DNA from: Podarcis liolepis
Taxonomy: Eukaryota
Strand: one strand, 5' to 3'
DNA: 64,000 bases
Assembly: GCA_965112155.1 (NCBI GenBank)
Contig: OZ218104.1
Below are positions 38,901 through 50,900 of this stretch, one piece after another. Made by a program: the position numbers and the translations under genes. Position 1 is the first letter of the stretch; every line of letters starts with the position of its first letter. The notes beneath the pieces were generated by a model. It saw only the letters and a program-made list of their open reading frames with translations, ran no database searches and was not told the DNA's origin.

Positions 38901-41900
38901 GTTTTGATCAAGCCATGCTCACCTGTCCTACACCTGACAACCGATGTGGGGCTAAAAGCCCCATGCACAGTGTTTGGGAACTCCAATGATCAGATGATTG
39001 TCAGAACGCTTGTAGACAGTGCTATGCAAAAACAGCTCACCTGGTGTCATTGTGTCATCGGATGGTTGGCAGGTGGGTGGCCCCACCTATTTGTCAGGCA
39101 TGGCCTGCAGGGGGGCTGGGAAAGGTAAGGATCTGTCCTGCTGGCCGGATCCAGTCCCCTTTCCTCCCCCCTGCCCCTCCCCCGGGTGCAGAAGACAATA
39201 CTGGGCTACAGAGACAAATTGTATGGCTTGGTATAAGGCAGCTTCATGGACTATATTGACCTGGGTTATGTGGGTTACAGGTGTAAGGCTTTGCAAGGAG
39301 GACAGGGTCATAGGTTCAACAGCATGAGAGACAGCTTTCCCCAAGTGTGGTTGTGTAGTGTGACCAAGAGGCAAAGGAACATATGGCTGGTGTGTTTTTT
39401 TTGGGGGGGGGGTGATTAAAAGAATTGTTTAGAAGAAGTAATTTCATCAAGTGCAGGTTGCCAGGCAAGAGAAGCAGCACCTTTTGAAATCGATTTTACA
39501 CAACTCTTGAAGGTACAGTCTACCCTAGGCTATAGTGTTGTAACCACCGGTAAGCATCACTGCAGGAGAAAAGTGTGTCACAGCTGTTGTTGCCTACTCA
39601 CAGCCACTAGAGGGAGGTGCACACCCCTTTCCCTAGCAACCACATTTAGGGGGGCTGTCACCACGCAGCCTTTAAGTTGCCTGGCAACCTTGTATTTGAA
39701 TTCTTAATGCTTTAACGTTTGTTCCAGCAGGTGTTAGGAAGGTTAAAAATGACATTAAGAGACCCTATTTGGGTGCTACATATTTGTAATGCCTTACAAC
39801 CCCAGCAGAGAACTACAGCCTCCATGTTTCCTAACAACCACTGCTCACAAAAGCCCAGTCCTATCTCTACAGGCTACTTCAACGCAGGAACATAGGAAGC
39901 TGCCTTATACTGAGTCAGATCATTGGCCTATCTAGCTCAGCACAGTCTACACTGACTAGAAGCAGCTCTCCAAGGTTTCAGGCAGGGGGCATTCCTAGCC
40001 CTACTTGGGGATGCCACTGGGGACAGAACCTGAGTGTTTTTGTGGGCAGAACAGGTGCGCTACCGCTGAACTATGGCAGTATAAATATTGTTATATTTAT
40101 ATCCTGCTTTTCCTCCAATTATCTCTCACCTTGCCCTCAGTATTATCCTCACAACAATCCTGTGTAGTAGGTTAAGTTGAGAGACAACGACTGACTCAAT
40201 ATTATCCGCACAACAGCCCTTCGAAGTAGGTTAAGCTGAGAGGCGGAGACTTGCACCCGGGCACCCGGTATATTTTGATGCTGAATGGACATCTGAATCT
40301 GGGTCTGCCCCACAGTTCTCGTCTGTCCCATGAGCCACTACATCCCACTGGCTCTTGTAGTGTTGTGCCACAGATACAAAGGTACTCACAAAGAGCAGCA
40401 GATTTTTACTTCATAAACTAGCAATGGAACCATTGTTTTGTGTGATTTCTACCGCGTAAACAAGGCAGATTTTGGCGTAGTCTTGGAAGTCCTAGCAAAG
40501 AAGCTAGAGAATTCCTCTCCCCACCTCCCAAAAGAAACCCTTTCTGCCCACTGCTTTTGGCTGCCCCTGAGTTACAGCACATGGTTCAAGTAGGCCTGTG
40601 AAAACAGCCACTCCAGTCTGTATCCCTTGTTTCTATCATGCTGTGCCAAGACAATGGGCTGCCTTTTGAAGATGGTTCAGAAACTTCAGGAAGTGAAGAT
40701 TCCAGCAACCAGATGATCGACTGGGACCTGGTGGTCTGGGAATATACCACCAATTCTAGCCAAACGGTGCTGGCAGCAGATTGCCATTTGTTCTAGCATG
40801 AGTTTCCCCAGGAAATGCAGCAGGGAAAAGAAAAATCTCCGCTCTGGAAATCCCTGACCTGTGCCTAAAAAGCATGGCACAGTGTGGATGAGTTCTATAT
40901 TGAAATCAGCATCTTTCAGGCTCTCTCCACTTTAGTATATAACCTTTACTATTATTATTTGGATCTGAACTGTGCCTTGAGGTTGGGTAAAAAAAACAGG
41001 GAGGGTGAGAGGTCTAGTTTGTCATTTTTATCTTTTTGATAGGTTGTAAATATAAATAAGAACAAGTGTGTATAAAAATCTATCCTGTCTAGGGTGCTTC
41101 AGGAAGCCCAGGCGATCCTGGCATACCTGGCACAGCAGGTTTGCCTGGTCTTTCTGGTGAACCTGGAGTAAGAGGTCCATCAGGAGCTAAAGGTGAAAAG
41201 GTGAGTAAGCCCCTTGTTGGGGTACAACCACCATGCGGCCAAGAGGGACCAAATGTTTTTGGAACAGGATGTGTGTGTGCACCTGTGCAAATAACCAAAC
41301 TCACCCCAGGGTGAGCTTTCTCACCTGTACAGTGGAACCTTGATTCTCGAACTTAATCCATTCCAGAAGTCCGTTCAACTCCCGAAATGTTCAAAAACCA
41401 AGGCATGGCTTCTGATTGGTGCAGGCACCCCGGAAACAATAGCCAACAGCTGCACTGGATGTTCGGCTTCCGAAAAACGTTCAAACACTTACTTTTGAGT
41501 TTTTGGTGTTCGGGAGGCGATTTGTTTGTCAGCTAAGCCATTCGAGAACCAAGGTTCCATTGTATTGGCCACTCAACCAGTAGGAGTATTTTACTGCACT
41601 TGCAGTAGTAAAATTGCCATCTGCAAACAAGGCACTGAGTGAGTGGGAGAACGGTAAAAATAATGGTTGCTATCACCATTATCTCCCCACCCCCACTCTC
41701 GCCAATGCTCTGGAGCAATGCTACATCTTAGGCAATGGGAGGAGGATACAAATTGGTGGCTGGACCACTGAAAGAGGAGCTGGTGTGTTGTCGCTGCTGC
41801 TGTTGGTAGAGACTTTTGAAAAGGGGGAGAAAGGAAAACACCCATTGCCATTGCTAAGGATGAGCTGCTCCTCTGGTGCCAATTTTTTTTGTGCACACCT

Positions 41901-44900
41901 CTCTGATTTTTTTTTATCCTTTATTTTTTATTTTTTGGTGCGGGGAAAGAGGTTCTCCCAAGTTCACCACAAGCAAAAAGGGCCACAAAATTTGGAGCCC
42001 ATTTAAGTTCATCCCTAATTCAGCTTGGTTCATATCAATTATTGTGTACCTGACCATTAGACAAATGGTCCTCAAGCATATCTCTCAGTGGGGTGGGGTG
42101 GATCAGAATCCTGTATGATGTCCCACCCTGACTGCCCTGCTTTAAAGTTCATGTTTGCAAAGAGGAGCCTACACACACTAACTTTCTTTGCACAATCCAA
42201 ACCATCCTGTCTGGCAGGGTGTGTGCCCATAAGCACACATGTAAAGAGCCAGCAGACACAATTGCAGCTTGCCTCCTTGCTATGGCCAATGACTATCCAC
42301 ATGGGCCTCTGGTCTTAAGTGTTTACATGATGGAAAATTTTGATTCGGGATAATGGGGTAGGATATCTGGGACATCTAACCTGGTCTCCTGTTTGCTGAC
42401 ATATCACTCTGCATTCTTCCCCACTCTCACCATCCCGGCCCACAGGGTGATGCTTGTGACTCTTGTCCCACCCTCAGTGGAGACCTCTCTGGTGTGGTTG
42501 GGATCCCAGGAAAACCAGGTTCAAAAGGAGATCGTGGACTTCCAGGTGTGGGACAGCCAGGCAAACCTGTAAGTAATTTTCCAACTGATCAAAATAGTGG
42601 TGCTGAGAATGCCAAATTCAGAATTTAGTCTGATAGTCTGTTTTAAGATTGGTTCAGTCATTAACTACCATTACTTTGAGTTATTTATGTGAACAAAACT
42701 GAACAATTCAGGCTGCATCCCTAGAACCAGATACATTTGTGTTTGTATAATAGATTGGTCAACTGTTGCATGACCTTTTAGCCAGTTTAGATACCTGTGG
42801 GTATCACAAGCAGGCATGAAGGTGGAAGGCCTTTGCCCTGCTTCCAAGATAGCATCTGGTACTCAGGTACTCTGTACATTTATTTGTTTATTTACAGCAT
42901 TCTTATATCACCCATTAATAATAAGTTTTTGGAAATTCCATGCAACTACGATAGCTGTTGACTTTTGATAGATCTTCCACAAATATGTCTAATCCTTTAA
43001 GATAGCACAACTTGCAATAGCAACTTTCATAAGTTAATTACGTCTTGTGTGAAGAACTAATTCCTTTCATCCGTCTAGAACCTGCTGCCAATCACTTTTA
43101 TTGGATGACCCAGTGTTAACTGCCTCGTTTTTATTCCTTTAATTAACTGGCTCGATTTACATTTCACAACACCTTCACAAAGGATCTCAATAAAAGATCT
43201 TCCCTCAGTACAGGTGACTGTTTCTGTTCAGTATCAGCATGTCAAATAATTATAATTTTAAACACTAGCATTCCTTGGTAAGACAAAGGAAGACATCTTT
43301 GTTATTTTAAAAGCAAGTCATGCTCTAACCCTATTAAGTTTGTGAATATAATATCGTTTGTGAGATAACCGATGATGACGGCAGTATGGCTCTGTTTTCA
43401 CAGATACTGATCTTCAAACATAATTTGAAACAATATGAATACCATTGTTCGTACTGGGAGTCTCAAGAGATTTGAGAAACATATTCTAAGCACACCCCAT
43501 GATTTCATAAAAGCACAGGAAAGGCAGAGAATTTGCAACAGGGTCTCTGAATTCAGCATCTTGAAAATCTCATTTAAAAAAGAATCAAGTTTCTATCCCT
43601 CATGGCTATGAAGAGAGGCTTGAAAGGGTGTAGGCAATGTCTATTCCAGTGTGCAGAAGAGTAGGGTTGAAATGGTCCTGCACTGAGCATGGCATTATCC
43701 CTTCCTGCAACTAGCTGAAGCAGATGAAATTATGCACACTAGGGAAATTATGCAAATGTTCGTGATTTATGGTGGTTCGTGATTTATGAAGGTTGCATAA
43801 TTCTGTTTTTCTTGATGCAAAATTAGAGTGATCAAGATGCAGAATGATGTTATCTTTTGGTTGTTCATGACAGCAAAAATATCCTTTCACAGGATGAGGC
43901 TGGAATAAGAGCCTCATATTTCTTTGCTTTACAAATATCCTTTTTGGAGTACTTTTTAAGAAGTTATTTTAAAAAGTTTGTTTCACAAAGCTAGTAACTT
44001 TCTGATAGACCAGTATACTATTAAAAAAAAAAATCTGCAGCACTGAAAGGTCTAAAAATGATTAATTGCGCCCATTAAATTTTCCAGAACTACTCATTTG
44101 AAATCGAATGTCAATTTAGAGCAAATGCTGACTGTTTTAGCTTCCTCGGATAAACAGCTAGCTTTCCCCCTAGCTTTCTAGCTCAGAACTATACAGCAAC
44201 TGAAAACCTGCTGTGAACTCATAGAAGGTAGACAATTCGTTCCTCTAAGGCAACAGAATATGGATCAGATGTGTTGCAACCAGCATGAGTGATTTCTGGG
44301 GGGCTCTAAATTATTCAGGCTAATTCTACTGCATCTTCCCTCCTCTCACCACCAGGGAAAACCAGGACTTCCAGGAGTTCAGGGACCTCCTGGCTTGAAA
44401 GGACTGCAGGTGAGCAAGGGCATGTACCTAGTTTGCATAGACAGATGGGGCTGCTTTCTCCCAAGCACTGCTTAAACCTTGGCGTGGCTACCTATTTTGA
44501 CAGCCAGGCCCAAGAGATAAGAGGAAGAGTGAATTGCCATTGCTAATGAGCCACAAAAGGTGCTCCACAACCATCCAGTTGGGGTAGTGAATGAAGAGGA
44601 TTAAGGCTGCGGTGCAGAGATGCAGGAGGAGGGAGCATAAAATTCCAGGGAGGGAGATAAGGGGAATCACGGAGCCAAGGCTGTTGAAATAGCTATGACT
44701 CAGGTGTGCTTCATTCTTTGGGTGATTTGGTGATGTCGTGCTTCCACTAATCTGTGTGTTGCATCTTTCCAGGGGGAACCAGGTCCTCCAGGGATAGGAA
44801 TCCAAGGTCCAGAAGTGAGTATGGCCAGTGTGTGTGTGTGTGCGCGCGCGCACGTGTGTGTGTGAATAGTTTCTGCAACCATGTGTTGTGATTAGAACAA

Positions 44901-47900
44901 GATCCACCCACTTCTCTCTTCTTTCTCAGGGGGAAATTGGACAGAAAGGCTCTCCTGGCAATCCTGTAAGTAGAATCTCGCCTTGCCTTGTTCAGCCACA
45001 TTAAGGCAGGTCAGCCACAGTAGACCTGTCATGCCTAGACAATGACTCAGAGGATCCCTGAACCAGGCTCTGGTGCTAACCTATAAATTGGTTCTCACCT
45101 GGAAGGCCTTAGACTCAGGGTCCGCGTAGCCCTGATGACCCAGCAGCAAAGTCCCAAGAGGAGCAGTGTGGAGTTAACTGCTTTGCAAGGGGTTATGACC
45201 TAGCATGGAAATTAGCACTCATTTGCAGAAGGCTCTTCGATATTCCAGACAAGGGGAACGAGATGGGGTCTGGGGCAGAGTTTTATCAAAGCTCATTTTC
45301 CTTTTCTCAATAATCTTTATATGATTCCCTGCCCAGAGACCTCCAAATTTGCCTTGTCGCTTTAGTTTCAGGTATATTCGACTCTGCCCTGAATGCATGG
45401 GCATAGCCAGAGGGTAGGGGTGGGGGCAACAGCTCACCCAATCAAGCAGATAAGTAAAAATACTTCACTGGAAGTAGCAATAATCAGAATGTTTGAGATT
45501 GAAAGACTCACTACGGTCACTTGGAGGATGATTTTTCTTAGGGTCAAAAAATAGTAATTTAAGCAACTCTTGTTGAGAAATTGCATTCTGAATCTACTAG
45601 ACAGAGGATGATGCCCCCCCAAAAAAATCCTGGCTATGCCCATGCCTGAATGTGTAGGCTTCCTTCACCATGGCAAGTGGAGGATGCCCCAAAGGATGGC
45701 ACACAGAACATATCTAGACCCAAAACTACATCAACTTTTTTTGTAGTTCCTCTAGTAGGAATGTACGGAACGTTCTGAAATTGATAGCAAGAAAATTCAA
45801 TGGCATCTCTACTTTCCCCCCGAAAGGCTTTGCAAACTCCCAATGCAACCTTTGCTAACCTGGTGCCCTCCAGAGGTTTTGAGCCCATAATCCTCATCAG
45901 CTGGCTAGTCCAAAGCATTGGGGGAGGGGGAACCAGGTTGGCAAAAGCCTAACAAAAGGAAATGTTTTGCTATTGAGATATCTTCATGTTTCCAGAACCC
46001 AGCTTTGTTCTTCCTGTCTCTTTCACATGTGCTGTGATTCTCTTTTTTCTGTGCCACAGGGACCCCCAGGACCTCGAGGGCCACCAGGAAATGTTGGGGG
46101 AAAGGGGGAAAAGGTGAGCATTGGCATCTGGGTTGTATAATTTGCTGTGGGAACAGAGAAATGGCATCTAATAGCCTTCATGGCTGTGGTGGGTTCATCT
46201 TTAATTTCTTATTCATTACCAGTGAGCTGTTGCATCGAATGAATGATGAAACAGATAAAATATCAGTGAAGTGACATGTACTCCTATTCCAAGGTGAACC
46301 TCAGTAGAAAACTGCTTTAATTCTGTGCTGTTCACAGCGCCATTTCGCTGAAGATAGAATTACTGCTTTGCACCCTGCAGCAACTATCCCATATTCCATT
46401 GCATTAATATAGGAGCGTGGGAGACACTATGTTTGCAAAGTATACTTTATATCCCACAATATCTGTGCAAGATATTAGAAAACTCCAGCATAGATTGTTT
46501 TGGGCCTTAACCATGTTTTAGAGCAAATTCCACCATTAACATCAGAATGTTGTCAGCTTGGATGTAATATTGCTCTTTTCCCTATAGGGCTCCCCAGGTC
46601 TTAAAGGTGCCATAGGACCCACTGGACCTCCAGGTGCCAGTGTTACTGGCCCACCAGTAAGTGCCATTGCTTTGTAGCTCCGGAAATCTTACAACCAGCC
46701 AGCGCTTTGTGCTTTCTGACTCTTGTTGTCCTGATATTTTCCTCCAGGGCCGAGAAGGCCAGCAGGGCCTCCCGGGAGTTCCTGGATCCGATGGTTCAAA
46801 GGTGGGCAAGCTGTGTGCTCTGAAAACTAAAATGATCCTGTCTAATCATCTGGCTGCACCAGGTTCTTAATTACCTGTGAACCACTCACTTCTGACAATC
46901 CCACTGCTGGCAAAAACCTGCACTGGCCTTGAAAGCCTTAAAACAAAAGGAACTTGATAGGCCTGTCAGATGCATCCTGCCATGGCTGCTACCTGGATGG
47001 AATCCAATCAGTGAAAGATTCCTCCCTTTCTTAAAAATGCCCAGGTGCCAGATCCACCCTTCCTTTAGAGACAAACTTCTGCTTCTCACTTCCCTAGAAA
47101 GCATGGATCTGAGGTTTTCCGTTTGTCCCACGTTTCTAGGGACAGGTCTGAGCGGTTTTTCATTTGTCTCACCACTTTCCCCAGGAAAAGCCTATGTTTG
47201 CTGCTGAATTGTAACAATCCACAGCAAAAACTTATTGACATTTGCTCTGATTCAGTAGTAAACAGCAGGTTTTCCCAGGGAAAAGCATTGGGACAAGCAG
47301 AAATGTGTGGGCGAGCCCTCAGTGCCCTCTTTAATATTGAAGAGGGGCTTGTGCAACTAAGAATTCGCTCATGCTGCTTCTCACCTTCTTGGATGCTCTG
47401 TGAAAAATTATCAGAGTGATGCCCCTGAGTGCTGCTGGCCCTTTGCCCGCCTCCAGGCCACAGCACTTGCCTGACCCCACTCTCTTTGGAAGCAGGCTCT
47501 GAAACGAAAGTGTTGAAAGCCTGAATTTTGAAGCTTTGGATCCAGCTTTGGCATGACTAATGTGTGGATGTTTCGTGTAAACACTTCATTTCCACCCCAA
47601 AATAAGACTGACTAAAGATGACTGAAGCGGCCGAGGGTCAAAGAGCGAAGCATGCAGCACAGAACATGCTTTCTCGTTTGCAAAGCAGAGATGATTGTTC
47701 ACACCATGGCGGTTTTGAAATCTGCAGTGCAAATGCTCAGCGCTGCTCTAATGACGAGCGGTGCCTCAAAGGCCAACATATGGCGCTGAAAAATAAATTG
47801 GATTTGGGGTGCGTACTTTTCTTTAATAACTCCCAATGTTAGCAAGAGATATAAAGGGGGTTATTAATTATGCGCGCCTCTTTTGAGGGAAGACCTTCAA

Positions 47901-50900
47901 TTATTCAATAGGAGCCACTGTGCGCAGCCTTCAAAGATCTGTTCCGTGGTCCTTGGTGTTCTCAAGTTGTTCCGATTGAATTTAGCATGTCACTCAGCTT
48001 GTTTATCAGTGCAGCAATGCTGTTATCATGTCGGGTGGAAGGTAAGGGTGGGCTCCAACTCCCACAGGGCTCCAACACGCTGCGGACGTCTGCCCGGCGG
48101 GCGGGGCACTCTGCTTCAGGGCGCCCTGCGCGCCGGGCGGCAGGCTGTTATCCGCAGCATGGGGAGCCCTGCGGGGAACTCCACAGGGCTCCAACATGCT
48201 GCGGATGTCTGCCCGGTGCGAGGGGCGCTCTGTTCAGGGTGTCGCTCGTGCTGGGCGGCAGGCTGCTATCCGCAGCATAGGGAGCCCTGCGGGAACTCCC
48301 GCAGGGTTGCCTAGGCTGCGGATGTGTTCCTGAAGCCTGGAGAGCGAGAGCCTGCATTCGCCCCATAGGACGCACCCAGATTTCCCCTTCATTTTTGGAG
48401 GGGAAAAAGTGTGTCCTATAGGGCGAAAAATATGGTAGTTAGCTCAGAGCTCAGAGGTTCCAGACAGTGGGACGTCAGAAGGCATGAAAACGAGTGAAAG
48501 AAGCAGGCCAAAGAGAGCTGATCAAAGGAACTTACAGGTGTGCTTCTTTGCATATCTGAGAAGCAAATGGGACCATGAAATCACTCTGCACATGTGTGTG
48601 CATGTGTGCTATTGCCAGCAGCACGCTTCTCCAAATATCTGACTCTTCTTTCTCTTCCTTTTTTTTCCTCTAGGGTGAAAAGGGAGCCAGAGGAGAGAAG
48701 GTGGGTCAGCCTCCTTCTCCATCCCAAATTTTGCAACACTTAAGTTCCTTTTGGTGTCTTTCCACACCGTCAGCATCTTATACAACAAACACCTGCTGTT
48801 TTGTCATGTGCTGCACACAATTCTCCCAGTTCTTATCTTTCTGGGGATTCAATGCACTGGCTGAGAGAAGCACAGTGCACCTTTGAGTAATCCAACATGT
48901 GGAGGAGCCAGAAACACCCTGTCACTCTGCCACTCCTTGTTCATGTGGACCAGAAGTGTTACTCTGGGAATAACAACCCCTGACTCTTGATTAAGTGTCC
49001 CATTCCAGAGCCCCGAAGAACATAAGAAGAGTCCTGCTGGTTGAAACCAAAGGCTTATCTATTCTTCTCCCACAATGGCGAAGCAGATGCCTCTGGGAAG
49101 CCCACAAGCCATACATGAGCTGGGATAGCTCAGCCAGTACAGCATGGGATTCTTACTCTCAGGGTTGTGGGTTTGAGCCCTACATTGGGCAAAATATTCC
49201 TGCATTGCAGGGGGTTGGACTAGATGACTCTTGTGGTCCCTTCCAACTCTACAAATTCTATGATTCCATTGGCACAGTAGCCTTCTCCAGTAGGAAAAGA
49301 TCCCTGTGCTCCCACTCCTTGGTCCCCAGGTGTCTCTCCCTCCTTACCCTCCTCACCTTTATCTTCTCAGGGAGATTCTGGTGAGTGCAGCTGCCAGCCC
49401 GGCCCTCGCGTGGACTCAAGCAACATTGGTCTTCCGGTAAGCATCACTACATGCTCCTGCTGCCCCCAAGGCCTTGGGGATTCGCTGCCAGGCTGGATGA
49501 TGGTTCAAGCCACCTGTGCCCCCCCATTCTCCGCTCAACGCCTTTGCTGCTCCGGAGGCTGGAACGCCCATGTCCTGCTTGGCCTTTGCTAAACGCTCTC
49601 CCCTTTTGGACCCGCAGGGTGCCCCAGGACTGTGGATCGGGACTTCCTGGCAGCCTCAGCCGGGCCCTCAGGTGTGTGGGTGTGTGTATGTGCATGCTTG
49701 CTCCTCTGTGCGTAGCGACCTTGGCTCCTTTCTCCCCATCGCCCGCCCCGTAGCTCTCTTAACCTCTTCCTCTCTCTTTCTTTGTGGTGTTAACAGGGAC
49801 CGCCAGGTGTTCCAGGCCCTCCAGGCCCACCAGGAGCTCCTGGGAGGCAGGTAAGTGGTAGGAGACCCATATACCCCAGCATCCTGCAGACAAGAACAGG
49901 TATGCATTGACAGTGCCAGCTCCTGTATTCTTTGTGGTGGGGGAGTGGATAAGGCACAGCATTAGTGGACTCAGTTAACCTGGAAGAGGCAGGGCTTCCA
50001 AGCCCAGAATTCACTCCCACTCCCCCTGACTTCCTTGGTTGTGCAGTGCACAGGAAGAGCAGCAGCTCTGCTTAGATGGGGACCCAGTCCTGGTGCTGTG
50101 TGCTGTGTGCTGTGCTAAACAAATGAGTTGTGTTGTGGCTGTGAGCCAGTGTGCTGCCCTCAGCAGTTCTCATCGCACCCTCATGGAAATGACCTGGAAT
50201 GCTAAAAAGCTTTGGGAAGGTGGAGAAGTCCAGCAAGAGTCCCAATGCCATGACCCTTTTCTTGCTGGGCCATCCCTGTGTTGGTTGATCAAGAGCAGGA
50301 GGCAGAAATTGCTCTCCAAAAGGAACACTATACCTGTTTGTTCTATATGTTGCCCTGGCAAAGGGGAGCCCTCGGTACCACTTGGATGGAGAACCAGTTC
50401 ACAACATTTCCTTTCCTGCCCTTTCTCCCCTCCCAGAACACAGATATCAGTGTGGGGTGATGAGTCTAGTTCCTCCACCCCAACTAAACATAACAGCAGA
50501 GGCTTGTTTTGACTTAAGACACATTGATTGGTTACAGAACAGAGAACTGTGGCAATGTTCCACATGGCACATGTACAACTGATGTATTCCCGTCTTATAG
50601 ACCTTTTCATTCTAAAGGGCATCTAGATCTTAGGCATGCCTCCCCATCCCCTCTACACAATTGTTGGCTGCAAGAACAAAAGGTGTGCCTTCTAGAGGTG
50701 GGGAGAATACCATGCAAGCGTTATGAGTCCTGATCTAAGTTGCAGAAAATCACACCCACCCATGATACTTCTCCTAAGCCTTCACACCCCCAGCCCTTAT
50801 CTTTTTCTTATCTTTCTTTAAGTCTTGTTTCATCTTCTTGGATGCTCACCAGTTTTCTATGGGTTCCCCATTTATCTCTGAGATTCATCTTCTTGACTGC

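Noticed and set aside
41089-41304. Minus-strand Pro/Gly-rich ORFs (also 37708-38100, 46582-46809, 49790-50020)
   Set aside because: The reverse complement of Gly-Pro codons reads as Pro/Gly, so these mirror COL16A1 exons
48057-48331. CRISPR-like or structured ncRNA array
   Set aside because: Units are contiguous with no unique spacers, lie in a transposon remnant, and the context is eukaryotic
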